Below are positions 1 to 12,855 of a stretch of DNA of 64,000 bases, piece after piece. Below the pieces are notes generated by a model. It was given only the letters and a program-made list of their open reading frames with translations. It had not been told where the DNA came from and did not search any database. The position numbers and the translations under genes were made by a program. The DNA is taken from assembly GCF_009914755.1 (NCBI RefSeq), contig NC_060934.1. The stretch is one strand, 5' to 3'. Numbering within the stretch: the first letter of the stretch is position 1; each line of letters opens with the position of its first letter. Source of the DNA: the human T2T-CHM13v2.0 reference genome, Homo sapiens.

Positions 1-145
<145 letters not shown>

Positions 146-342
146 TTATGTATTAGATGATACAGTATGATGAGGATGATATGAATTCATTTTCTCTACT
201 AAAGGACAGAGCAAGAGAAAATGGATTTAAGAGGAAGCAATGAAGCTATGTATTGGCCGTGAGCCAAATCACTGGAAAAGAGGATCAAGAAAGGTTCCTG
301 GAAGCCCCTGGCATGCTCAGAAGTGGCCACTGAGTAGAATGG

Positions 343-707
343 TGTAATCTTTTGCTTGGGCTGCCTTAACAAAGTATCCACAGACTGGGTGGCTTAACTC
401 TAGAAATTAATTTTCTCGCTGTTCTACAGTCTGTAAGTCTGAGGCCGAGGTGTCAGCAGGTTGGTTTATTCTAGGGCCCATCTCTGGGCTTGTAGATGTC
501 CCTCTTCTCCCCGTGTCCCCCGTCATGTGGTTTTCCATCTGTTCATGTCTGTGTCCTGTTCTCTTCTTAGAAGGGTACCCATAGGACCTCATTTTACTTG
601 AATTACCTCATTAAAGACCCTATCTCCAAAAACAGTCACATTTTCAGGTACTGGGTGTTAGGGCTTCAATGCATGCATTTGGCAGAGACAGAATTTAGCC
701 GATAACA
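343..707 (-). mobile_element. MLT1B-like MaLR solo LTR
   Basis: Reverse complement starts tgttatcggctaaatt and contains ...cagtacctgaaaatgtgactgtttttggagatagggtcttt, matching the recalled MLT1B consensus. Confidence 0.85.
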
Positions 708-1536
708 AGCAGTTTAGGTGTGAATATGCCTGAGAGATGAAGGAATGATGAAAATTCCAATCACAGCATGGCCGGGAACTTGCAGTCTCCTGAGACCAGA
801 GACCTGTTCAGCATTTTCCAATCCGAGTTTTGCTGCGCCTCATGCATTTTAATTGTGGCATCAGATGAGCTGTAGATATGGCATAGCTCCTTTCTAGGTT
901 ACCATTTCCAGGGAGTTTAATGAGTGTGACTTAGTTCACGTAACTAAGAGATTTCAATGCCAGTTTTGACTCAGTCAATTCTTCCTTTGAAATTATCTCC
1001 AGTTTTGTATTTCTCCAGCTACCGTTGCGATTTAAAGCAGCCCTTTATGACCACGTACACAGGGCCTCAGAATAGCTTCCTGCACAGTCACCTGGCCTTT
1101 CAGTTTATCCCAATTCTCATTCATTCTGTGTACCGAGTTGAGATTCTTCTTCCCATGAGACCATGTTCATGATTCCTCCCATTTCCCTGAAACTTCAAAG
1201 GACTCTCTCAACCCAGTTGTCTCAAGATTAATCCCAAATCTCTAACTTCTCATTAATTGTACTTTATCACCTAACTATGACTTTATTTAGTCTTTGACTT
1301 CTGACTGTAATTTCTATTGCTATAACTTTAGCATATCACCCTGCATAGGACGTTAATTTCTATTGCTACTAAAAACAAAACAAAATAAAACTCTTCTATG
1401 ACCCCCAGATCTATTTTCTTACTTTCCATGACATTTCTCACACATGTCAAGGCCCAGTTCTTGTTTATGCTACTCAGCTAGAATGCCTCCAAGAGCTCCA
1501 GATCTCAAGGCACTTATTCATCACAAGAAAACTTTT

Positions 1537-1682
1537 CGTTCATTCATTCATTCATTCATTCATTCATTATTTTTTGTAGAGACAGATGCCCGGGCTGGTC
1601 TCGAACTCCTGGTCTCAAGCAATCCTCCCACTTCGGCCTCTCAGAGTGTGGGGATTACAGGCGTGAGCCACTGCACTCGACC
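1537..1682 (-). mobile_element. FLAM/Alu left monomer with adjacent (TTCA)n
   Basis: ggtctcgaactcctggtctcaagcaatcctccc...gattacaggcgtgagccac; (ttca)n at 1537-1567. Confidence 0.85.
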
Positions 1683-1799
1683 AAAACGAAAGCTTTTACT
1701 CAAATGTTTCTTTCTCAGAAATGTCTTCCCTGGTCATTCCGTGTAAAACAGTGCTCCGTCGGCCAAAATCCTATAACACTGCTTTCTTTTTCTTTATGA

Positions 1800-2094
1800 T
1801 GTTATGGGCTGAATTGTACCTCCTCACCCCAAATTTGTGTGTTGAGGTCCCAACCTCTAGTTAGCTCAGAATGTGATTGTATTTGGAGAAAGTGTCTTTA
1901 GAGAGGTAATTAAGGTCAAATACGGTCATATGGGTACCCTCCTAAGAAGAAGAGATTAGGACACAGACATGCACAGAGGAAAAACCGTGTGAAGACAGAC
2001 ACAGGGAGAAGGTGGCCGTCTGCAAGCCAGGGACAGGGACTTTACAAGAAAGCAACCCACAGACACCTGAATCTCAGACTCACAGCCTCCAGAA
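1800..2094 (+). mobile_element. MLT1B-like LTR, 3' end missing
   Basis: Starts tgttatgggctgaattgt; continues gaatgtgattgtatttggag and cagcctccagaa. Confidence 0.85.
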
Positions 2095-2331
2095 GGGAGG
2101 TGATTTGGTGATAGGGTCTTTTCTTATTTATTTTTATTTTTTGTTTTGTTTATTATTATTTTTCTGTAACCCAATCTTGGAAGTAAAGGAGGTAGGGTCT
2201 TTAGACTGTATTTGGCATACCCTTCTATGTGCCAGCTGTGTCCCATCCCTGCCTCATTCTGGGGTTTATTGAAGGAAGCCCATCTGCCTGCAGCTAAAAA
2301 CTACAGCCTCCAACCTAGACTTTGTTGATCA

Positions 2332-2980
2332 CAGGGTCTTTAGAGAGGTGATCTTTAAATTACAATAAGGTCATTCTTGTGGGCCCTGATCTGGTATGAC
2401 TGGTGTCCTTATAAGAAAGAGGTGATTAGCACACACACACATGCACAGAGGGGAGGCCTTGTGAAGATGCAATGAGAAGACCATCTACACACCAGGAAGA
2501 GAGCCCTGGAACAGACCTTCCCTAGTGACTCTCAGAACAACCCAACCCTGCCGGCACCTTGGTCCCAGCTTCCAGCCTCCAGAGCTGAGAGAAAATTAAT
2601 TTCTTTCTTTTCTTTTTTTTTGAGACAGAGTCTCACTCTGCTGCCCAGATTAGAGTGCAGTGGTGCCATCTTGGCTCACTGTAACCTCCGACTCTCAGGT
2701 TCAGGTAATTCTTGTGCCTCAGCCTCCCCAGTAGCTGGGATTAGAGCACATACCACCAAGCCCGGTGAATTTTTGTATTTTTAGTAGACATGGGGTTCCG
2801 CCATGTTGGTTAGACTCCTGGCCTCCAACCTCTGGCCTCAAGGGATCCACCCACCTTGGCCTCCAAAAGTGCTGGGATTACAGGCATGAGCCACTGCACC
2901 CATCTGAGAAAATGCATTTCTGTTGTTTAAGTTACCCAGTCCATGCTACTTTGCTATGGCAGCCTGAGCAAAGTAACACA
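2332..2980 (+). mobile_element. MLT1B-like LTR (5' end missing) interrupted by an Alu
   Basis: gactggtgtccttataagaaagagg; ends ttgctatggcagcctgagcaaagtaacaca. Confidence 0.8.
2600..2904 (-). mobile_element. Alu (old S/J type)
   Basis: Full dimer with poly(T); degenerate target duplication tgaga..aaat..atttct. Confidence 0.95.
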
Positions 2981-3029
2981 GCTGTATATATGACTATCTA
3001 ACTTTTTTTTTTGAAGAGGGGTTTATATT

Positions 3030-3135
3030 CCCTCACTAGAAATCAAGTTCACAAGGGCAGAAACATAGTTTTATTCACTGCAGTGTCTCCTTATCTAGAG
3101 TAGTGCCTGGCATGCAGAAGGTGCTCAGTGAATGG
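3030..3135 (+). mobile_element. L2 3' end fragment
   Basis: gtgcctggcatgcagaaggtgctcagtgaatg matches the L2 terminus. Confidence 0.7.
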
Positions 3136-3739
3136 GTTTTGGAAGATCATTCTTTGTGCCCAGCTCTGCCCATCCATTTGTGCCCATCTCTGCCCATCCC
3201 TGCCTCGTTCTGGGGTTTAGAAAAGGAAGCCCATCTGCCTGCCGCTATAAACTACATCCTCCAACCTAGCCTTTGCTGGTCATGGAGGTAGTGCTTTCGT
3301 CTCTGTTGGCTTTTTCTCATTTCTCAGTTGGCTTAGAACTTGGGCAAGAAGGAGGGGTGCTAGTGCTTAGTACTCTTGCTCCCTAACACCCTGCAGTATC
3401 TTGCCATTGGCAGACACTCGGTGAATATTTTCCTAAATAAGGTCCTATTTACATGTTTCCTGACAATTTCATGCATGCATGTTTTGATTCCCAGCTAGCA
3501 TCTCAGCTTCTAAAGGGGAGAGTTGTCCCTAAGGCCTGAAATTCTGCCCTCTTGTAGTAGTGGCTCAATAAATCTTCAATGAATGAATGACACATATACC
3601 CATTCTGTGGGACCCTTGGGGAATATTAATTGAGCTCCCAACAGCTCCCTTCTCTGAGGATCTTCTCACTTCCCTGTCTCTTCATTTCTCCTCCACAGCA
3701 TGCAAAGCATGGAGGGAAAGTAGGAGTGTTTGTACCATG

Positions 3740-4115
3740 AGTCTCTGCACACCCCTCATCTTGGCTATAGTAGACTGGACCACAGATGGACACTGTACCA
3801 TGCAGATTACTTCTTCCAGGAACTTGGATTGAGACCAAGAGACTCATGGCATCCTCTTCTGGCTGCAAGACTTATATTTTTATATTTAGGCAATAGAAGA
3901 GGGGCAGCAGATGCCTACCTTGTGGAACAGAGGAAGGCAGGCAGTTCACAGAGAAAGAGGACTAGACAGTCGGACAGAGGGGAGCAGGCTTGGGAGCTTC
4001 GTGGAGCCAATGTCCATCTCTGTCCTTCCTTTCCACTCGATGCTCCTGAGTCCCTGCCTTCAACCCCCGCTTGTTTGCTTAAACTGGTTTGAGTTTGTTT
4101 CTGCTGTTTGAAAAA
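3740..4115 (+). mobile_element. Old MaLR/ERVL-type LTR relic (MLT1J/K-like end)
   Basis: ttgcttaaactggtttgagtttgtttctg resembles the MLT1J-L 3' terminus. Confidence 0.45.
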
Positions 4116-4589
4116 CAACAACAACAAAACCCCAAACAAAACAAACATCAAACAAAAACCAAAACAAAACCATTAACTCACTCATCCCTGTGATTGTATT
4201 TTGAGAAATAAAGGTGATTTCCTTCAGAAAACAAAGCGTAAAAACCCTGCCCTCCTCCTCTACCTCTCCGATCGCCTATTAAAGCCCATTTGCTCCACGG
4301 TAATGTAGAAGCTGTTCCCACACATCAGCTCATGTACAGTGTTGGACAGCATTTCTCTGCAATTCTTTCCAAATCAAAGATAGTACACCTGTGCTCCCAA
4401 ATCTACCAGGAACACTCAATGTTTTTAAATCTATCTCTTTCTAAATTGCCTCATAAATTCTTGCTGTTCTCAGGATCACCTTTCTCAACTGTACCAGCTG
4501 AAATCAACTAAGGCGGTTACCCTAACAGTTCCAAGATGCTCAGTCGGAAATGCTGAACGAAGATCTTTCTGTGAAGAAGGGCGTTCAGA

Positions 4590-4639
<50 letters not shown>
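4590..4639. repeat. (TG)n microsatellite
   Basis: About 25 TG units with one CG interruption. Confidence 0.98.
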
Positions 4640-4641
<2 letters not shown>

Positions 4642-5255
4642 ACAGCAACACTGTTCAAGCGGAAAATAGGGAGGAAAAACATCCTTGTTCATTAAATTCA
4701 GATTGCAGTGAAAGAACAAAATTGTTGGACAGATCTTCAAGGACTTCCACCTGTCTTCATTAGTTTCTTATTGATAACCAGTGAGAAGGCAGTTGCTGTA
4801 GATCAAGTCAGATGGTGGCTTAGACCAGGAGGTCTTGGTGGAGACAGAGGGGGCCCAATGAGAGCAAGAATCAGAGACAGAAAAGGAAGAAACAGGTAAT
4901 AGATGAAGGAATCAAACCTAGCAATGGTAAATTCAGTGAGGAAAATAAGAGCTGGGGCATTGTCCTCTGGGAGGACTGACAGGTAAACTGGGACCTGGAG
5001 AATCTGAGGAGAGAAAAAGATTCCAGGATGAGGGAACACTTGGCACTTGATTTTTAACGAGACTGGCAGGCTCTAGAAACAGAAGGAAAGTCAGTATGGT
5101 TGGTGCAGAGTGAAGTGAACGGGAGGAGGGGTCACAGAAGGAAGGGAGCAACTCCCCAAGGTCCCTGGAGGCTCTGGTCATTGTAGCCAGGCAAAGGGCT
5201 CTTTTTTTCCATTTTAAAAAAAGGAAAACATAGGATTTTTCCCTTTTAAAAAATG

Positions 5256-5550
5256 GGCTGGGCACAGTGGCTCACGCCTCTAACCCCAGTACTTGGGGAG
5301 GCTGAGGCGGGCGGATTGCCTGAGGTCAGGAGTTCCAGACAGCATGGCCACATGGTGAAACCCCATCTCTACTAAAAATACAAAAATTAGCCAGACTTGG
5401 TGTTGTGCACCTTTAATCCCAGCTTCTCAGGAGGCTGAGGCAGGAGAATCACTTGAACCCAAGAGGCAGAGGCTGCAGTGAGCCAAGATGACACCACTGC
5501 ACTCCAGCCTGGGTGACACAGAGAGACTCCGTCTCAAAAAAAAAAAAAAA
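5256..5550 (+). mobile_element. AluS
   Basis: Full dimer ggctgggcacagtggctcacgcc to poly(A). Confidence 0.95.
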
Positions 5551-5552
5551 AT

Positions 5553-5770
5553 TAATAGACTATTGTTAAGAGCAGTTTGAGCTTTCCAGAAAAATAGAGC
5601 AGAGAGTACAGAGGTCCCAGGTATCTTCTCCCCTCTTCCTCTGCCTCAGTTTCCCCTATTACTAAAGATGTTAATCTTTGCGTTAGTGGGCATATTTATT
5701 ACAATTGGGGAATCAACACTGACACATTATTATAAACTCTATAATTTACATTAGGGTTCACTCTTTCATT
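5553..5770 (-). mobile_element. L1MC-type 3' end fragment
   Basis: aatagac...agagcagttt...gagcagagagtacagag...tttacattagggttcactct. Confidence 0.7.
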
Positions 5771-5852
5771 GAAGGGATCTTAGTGTAGGTGGAGAATGGA
5801 ACTGACTTTGTCTGATGTACAATTTTGGAAGACCCAGCTTCACAAAAGCTGT

Positions 5853-6278
5853 TGTTAGGGGCTGGATTCTATTCCCCACCCCCCCCCCCAAAAATTCCTA
5901 TACTGAAGTCCTAACCCACAGTATCTCAGAATATGTGAAGTTATTTGGAAATAGGGTCATTGGAGATATAATTAAGATGAGGTCACACTGGAGTGGGGTG
6001 GGCTGTAATCCAATATGATTGGTGTCTTTATAAAAGAGAGAAATAGGAACACAGGCATATACAGGGAAGATACTGAATAAACCCGAAGACGGACGTACAC
6101 AAGCCCTACAGAGAGACCCTGAACAGGTATTTCCCTCACTGCCTTTGGAAGAAATCAGCCCTGCCAACACCTTGAATTATGGGTTTCAGCCTCTAGAACC
6201 ATGAGACAATACATTTTTGTTGCTTAAGCCCCCCAGTCTGTGGTACTTTGTTATGGCAGCCCTGGTAAACTCATAACA
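5853..6278 (+). mobile_element. MLT1B/C solo LTR
   Basis: gaagtcctaacccacagtatctcagaat...cagtctgtggtactttgttatggcagccctggtaaactcataaca. Confidence 0.85.
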
Positions 6279-6312
6279 GCTGTGAAGACCTGCTATAAGA
6301 AAACCTACTGAG

Positions 6313-6677
6313 GGCCTAGCATGCTGGCTCACACCTGTAATCCCAGCATTTTGAGAGGCCAAGGTGGGAGGATCGCTTCAGGTCAGGAGTTCAAAACAGG
6401 GCCTCACTGTGTCGCCAAGGCGGGAGTGCAGTGGTACAATCACAGCTCACTGCAGCCTTGGTCTCCTGGGCTCAAGTGATCCCCCTGCCTCAGCCTACTG
6501 AGTGATGGGATTACAGGTACGTGCTACCATGCCCAGCTAATTTTTTAAAAAGAATTTTTAGTAGACACAAGGTATTGGTATGTTTCCTAGGATGGTCTTG
6601 AACTCCTGGCCTCAAGAGATCCTCCCAGCTAGCCTCCCAAAGCGCTGGAATTACAGGTGTTAACCACTGCATCTGGC
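6313..6677. mobile_element. Fused inverted Alus: plus-strand 5' fragment (6313-6395) joined to a tail-less minus-strand AluJ (6396-6677)
   Basis: ...caggtcaggagttcaaaac runs directly into agggcctcactgtgtcgcc...; no poly(T). Confidence 0.9.
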
Positions 6678-6938
6678 CTCCAAATTTATTTTTGAAATCA
6701 CCTAAGTAAAAAAAACAGCTGCAAGCAAACAAATATCATATTTTTTCTCACCATTCTCACTAGAGAAGTCTCTAGGGGCACCTGGTTCTCTAGGTGGGTA
6801 TGCACCAGGTAACTGTATTCTTCAGAGAACTGTTTAATCATCTGTATAGCCTTGGTGTAGCAAAAAATACCCTATTACCAGAAGTCGAGTCTACAGAGTA
6901 CTAAATGAAAATAAAAAGTGGTCTTTATTCTGTACAGG

Positions 6939-7282
6939 TGATATGGTTTGGCTTTGTGTCCCCACTGAAATGTCATCTCAAATTGTAATCCCCAGGTGTT
7001 GAGGTGATTGGAGCGTGGGGGCGGTTTCACCTCTGCTGTTCTCGTTATAGTGAGAGAGTTCTCACGAGATCTGATGGTTTTATAAATGGCAGTTTCCATA
7101 GGTTTCCTTTTTTTCTTCTGCCACCTTGTGAAGAAGGTGTCTGTTTCCCAGTCCGTCATGATTGTAAGCTTCCTGAGGCCTCCCCAGCCATGTGGAACTG
7201 TGAGTAAATTCAACCTCTTTCCTTTATAAATTACCCAGCCTCGGGTAGTATGTTGATAGCAGTGTGAAAACGAACTAATACA
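6939..7282 (+). mobile_element. THE1D-like solo LTR
   Basis: tgatatggtttggc...actaataca, with a perfect 5-bp target duplication ACAGG. Confidence 0.93.
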
Positions 7283-8168
7283 ACAGGTTTAAAGGCACGT
7301 TTATGAGATATTTAAGAATAACAGCACTCGCTGTTCCAGGGAGTAAATTGAGTTATTTACAGTAGTCCTCACCTGTGGTGCTAGGATTATTTGGAAAGAA
7401 GGAACACAGCCTCCCTCGAGCAACTTAAGCCAAGTGGCATAGAGCATAAAAACACACGTGGGCTAGAGCAACAACCATTAGGAAGTGAGGCGTGTTCAAA
7501 GATAGACTTTCTGCTGGCTTTCTCATCTGGTCTGTATGTTCTCTCTTAAGTATGGCTTCTTGTTTCGCTGATTCTCAGTTCTCCTGTAGGTCCTAACTGA
7601 CCCTGCCTTTATGTATTCTTCGATTCCAGAGAGAATTCATTTCCTTTGTTTAGTTCATTACCACAGCGACTTTGGGAAGAGTGCTTTGTTTGAGGCCATG
7701 TCAGGTCATTGGACAGGTTTATGGCCAGGCTGTCTAGGGCACTTTGTGGGACTCTGTGGGTTGTGCCCAGTGGCTCTGGGGCTGTCTGTGGGGCCCCCGA
7801 TAAGCCACTGGTCCAGTCAGTGGCTGCTCTTGCAGAAGGAACGGTTGAGTTGTCTGCGACCATGATAGGCACATGTGGGGTGCCTTGCTTTCGTACTCTG
7901 TTTACGTGAATCTCAGTTATCACCTGTGTTCTTCAAAGCTCATCAGTCTGAAGTGGCAGAAGGGTGTGAAGAAAACAAAAGCAGGGAGGCGGGTCATTGT
8001 TGTAACAACAATAATGATCTCTTCATTGGTTATTTTTCATATCTATTAACTTTAGTCTACTTTGCAATTTATATTTCATTTGCACATCAGATATGCAAAA
8101 CTGAATCTTGTTTGAAAACTTCAAGTATTCAATACCTTAAAATTTGAAAGCTTCAAATATTCCAATAA

Positions 8169-8494
<326 letters not shown>

Positions 8495-10415
8495 TAGTAA
8501 TTTTTAAATATCTATCTTGTCAACAAATGCCTGATAGCAAATATAAAATGTTACAGTGGACACGCTGTTCAAACATTGTGAAGAAAACCGTCTTTTTAAG
8601 AAACTGACAATGAAACTGACATCTCTAGTTCCCTTACCACATAAATAAAAGCCTTTAGTACAGAAGTATCTTTTGGAAAAAAAAAAAATCTAAAAAGTAA
8701 ATGAGAGCTCTGCATTAGCTCACTATTGGAAGAAAAATGGAAAGTTTTCAGGAACAATCAACATAACTCTCTGCCCCACCCCTGCTCTTTCCACTGAAGA
8801 AGGACAAGCTGTCGTTACACCTCAGGCAAACACCGTTGCCCCAGTCCCTTGGGCTCATTGGAAGGTAGGCAAGGAGGGAACAGCCTGTCTCCTGATAAAC
8901 AAGTGCAGAGGGTTCCAAATATCATCTCAAAGAGCCAAATTTATTTTGCAGCAACTTTTCATAAACCCAAGGGCTACATGGCTGACAGTAAAAAAAAAAA
9001 AAAAAAAAAAAAAAAAGACAGTGTACAAACCAAAGCATTAGGATTTTAAGAATTATAGAAACATTTAGTCATTAAAAAGCATAGAGGCAGTACTTGATAG
9101 ATACATAAATATTTTATACATAAAATCTTCTTGGTTATTGGAAAGGAAAAAGGTGCCAAACTTGGAAAATGGCAGCTTCTACCAAATGTGTGAATGAGGA
9201 GAAAAGCTGGTTTGCTTCTCAGTGCCTTCGTGAATCTTATTTTCACGGGGGAAAGCCTGCCCTGTTTCTCTTTTCACGATACACTTAGCAGCCCTGCAGC
9301 CAGATTTTTTAGAGAGGAATGAGGGAGATTGGTGAGAAGCAAAGTACGAGTTTTCCAGCCATTTGGCTGGCACTATGCTTTTTAAAATGGTTTATACCAC
9401 TTCATATTTCCCAAGAACCCCACATCATCCATCTAAAAAAGACAAAGACAGGAATCAAGTATTTGGTTGGTTTTTTTTTTTTTTCCAAAAGAATAAAAAT
9501 AGCAGGTGGATTTTTACTTGATCTGTGATAGTTGGACTTTGGTCTTAAATGTCCATTATTTTTTATGTTTGAAAAATCACCCAATATAAACTATGAGTCG
9601 TGATTTTGTCTCCTTTCCTTCCTGTTTAGCTTGGATCTCTTTGGCAAGAACTCTTCTATTCCCCTTGGCTCGTGCAACAACATATGCCAGTTATGGTGTT
9701 TCCTCTGTATTTCCTGGTTGTCAGAAGCAATGTTGGTAGACAACATCTTCAAGCATCAGTGTTGTGTTAAGGGAAAGGGTTGTTGATGGCAAAAAGTAAG
9801 CTCCCTCTGCTGGTTGAGGGCTCCCTCTGCAGAAACGAATGTCTGAATATCCATTTAGAGACCGCGTTCTTTCTTCTTCCTACCCAGACACAAACGCTTT
9901 TCTGTTGTTGGAAGTGAAGATTGTCTATGAACCTGATACCTGGAAGAGCCCCACAGGAAATGCTGGAGTGGGTTTCTCTGAGGATACTCCCTGAGGTTTT
10001 ACATGCAAACCCTGAGACTCTGGACAGTGTTAAATGATAAGGCTTATCGCTCTGAAAGGGACAGATGGCAGACCTACCCTGAAATAGCTTTTCTGGAAGA
10101 GTAACACATGGTAAATTGCATTAATTGCAATAATTGCTTTTTATGCCTTGATGAAAACTACCAAAGACCTTCAAAGATCTTCTAATCATGGCAAATGAGC
10201 ACAGTTCCCCCTTACCAGTGACACAGCTACAGTGCTCCGGCTTGGGGTTCTGCAGAGAGGCTACAGAATTAAGAGCATAGGACCCATAGACTTAGGAAAG
10301 AGATGGGCAGGTGAGGCCCTGGGTGTAGCACAAGCTGGAGGAGTATCTAGTCCCATTTGGGGGCCAAGTTGTGGGTATTTCTTGTATAACATGTATTTGG
10401 TTAATTCAATAGTCA

Positions 10416-10687
<272 letters not shown>

Positions 10688-10893
10688 TTAGGGAGTCTCC
10701 TCACTTAGCATGAACTGCAGGTGAGAATTACATTGGTGTCTTGTCTTCCTTCTTTCAAACTCAACAGAATAGCAGAGCGGGGTGGAGGGTAGACTTTCCT
10801 ACTACATTTCTGTGATTTCCGTCTTACACAAACTAACCATGTAACTCAAGGAGGATTTATATTCTTTAACAAAGCTTTCCAGTTTTTCTCCTT

Positions 10894-11294
10894 TGAAATG
10901 ATTTGGTTATGTGTCCCCTCCAAATCTCATATCGAAATGGGACCGCCAATGTCGGAAGTGGGGCTAGTGGGAGGTGTTTGGGTCATGGGGGTGGATTCCT
11001 CATGAATGGCTTGATGCCCTCCTCATGGTAATGAGCGAATTTTTACTCTGTTAGTTCACACAATAACTGGTGCTTTAGAAGAGTCTGGCTTCTCTCTTGC
11101 TCCCACTCTTGCCATGTGACATGCCTGCTCCCCCTTCATCTACCACTAAGCTTCCTGAACCCTCACCAGAAGCCAAGCAGATGCTGGCACCATGCTTGCA
11201 CAGCTTGAAGAAGCATGAGCCAAATAAACCTCTTTCCTTTATAAATTACCCCGCCTCAGGTACTTCTTTATAGCAATGCAAATGGAGTAAGACA
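10894..11294 (+). mobile_element. MSTB-like solo LTR
   Basis: gtgtcccctccaaatctcat...ccagaagccaagcagatgctggc...tatagcaatgcaaatggagtaagaca; flanks tcctt/tgctt. Confidence 0.88.
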
Positions 11295-11544
11295 TGCTTC
11301 TATGAAGATTTTTACGTCTTTGCTTTATTGTACCTCCTTTATGTTGAGTCAAGCTTCTGCTTTGTGCATGGAATCAGTCTATGACTTTGGATATTTTCCA
11401 TTATTTTAATCTTCCAGGAATATTTATATCTTTTTTCATTCACTCTGCCAACAAATGCAGGAAACTTTATGGAGAAGACACTAGATTTCAGGCACTCTAC
11501 TAGTGTGGGCTACTTCCATGGTATGTGGGATAAAAAGATTACTT

Positions 11545-11745
11545 ATCACTAACATTTTTTTGTTGTTGTTCCAGACAGTATTGGAAGCACTTTTGGTATA
11601 TCTCATTTAATCCTCTCAGTAAACCTTTGCGGTTATTATTATCCCTATTTTGCAAGTGAGAAACCAGCATCTCAGACAGATTACATAGTTTTTTCAAGGC
11701 CACACAGCTCATAAGTGGCAGAGCTAAAACTTGAAACTTTCAGAC
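11545..11745 (-). mobile_element. MIR
   Basis: tctcatttaatcctc...ccctattttgcaagtgagaaac...aaggccacacagct...agtggcagagc. Confidence 0.8.
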
Positions 11746-11883
11746 ACCTTGTTCTTCCTGGTCTGTACATGGAAAGACTATCACTGTTGGGGGTGGGGGT
11801 GGGGGTGAACTTGTAAGTTAGCAAACAATCTCCATCCAGGATGACAAGGGCCCTATTGTACATATGCAATGTGTTAGGGCAGG

Positions 11884-12636
11884 TGATATCATTTGGATGT
11901 GTGTTCCTGCCCAGATCTCATGTTGAAACGTAGTCCCCAGTGTTGGAGGTGGGACCTGGTGGGAGGTGACTGGATTTCTCATGAATGGTTTAGCACTATC
12001 CCTTTGCTGCTGTCCTTGTGATAGTAAGTTCTCTTGAGATGCGGTCATTAAAGAGTGTATGTCACCTCCCTCCTACTTCCATTGTTGCTGCTCCGGCCAT
12101 GTGACCTGCCTGCTCCTCCTTTGCCTTCCACCATGATTGTAAGTTTCCTAAGGCTTCCCCAGAAGCTGAACAGATGCCAGCATCATGCTTCCTGTACAGC
12201 CTGTGGAGCTGTAAGCCAATTAAACCTCTCGTCTTTATTTTTTTATTTTACATTAAGTTCTGGGATACATGTGCTGAACATACAGGTTTGTTACATAGGT
12301 ATACATGTGCCATGGTGGTTTGCTGCACTTGTCAACCCCATCATCTAGGTTAAGCCCTGCATGCCTTAGGTATTTGTCCTAATGCTCTCCCTCCCTTTTC
12401 CCTCACCCACCCCAATAGACCCCAGTATGTGATGTTCCCCTCCCTGTGTCCATGTGTTCTCATTGTTCAACTCCCACTTATGAGTGAGAACGTGCGGTGT
12501 TTGGCTTTCTGTTCCTTTGTTAGTTTGCTAAGGATGATGGTTTCCAGCTTCATCCATGTCCCTGCTAAACCTCTTTTCTTTATAAATTACCAGTCTCAGG
12601 TATTTCTTTATAGCAATGCCAGAACGGACTAATACA
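11884..12636 (+). mobile_element. MSTA solo LTR interrupted by an L1PA fragment
   Basis: tgatatcatttggatg...ggactaataca; TSD GCAGG. Confidence 0.9.
12235..12565 (-). mobile_element. 5'-truncated L1PA 3' end
   Basis: taagttctgggatacatgtg...ctcattgttcaactcccacttatgagtgagaac; TSD taaacctct..tcttta. Confidence 0.92.
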
Positions 12637-12637
12637 G

Positions 12638-12855
12638 CAGGTGTCAGCAGTTTTCTTCTGTCAAGTGCCACATAATTAATATTTAGGCTTTGTGGGCCAA
12701 GAAGTCCCTGATGCAACCGCTTAACTCTACATACTAGCAAGAAAGCAACCACAAATAATATGTAAATGAATGAGGTGGCTGTGTTCCAATAAAACTTTAT
12801 AAAAACAGGTGGTCAGCTGGATTTGACCCACAGGACTGTAGTTTGTCAACCTCTG
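12638..12855 (+). mobile_element. MER58A (hAT-Charlie)
   Basis: caggtgtcagca...gtggctgtgttccaataaaactttat...tagtttgtcaacctctg. Confidence 0.85.
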
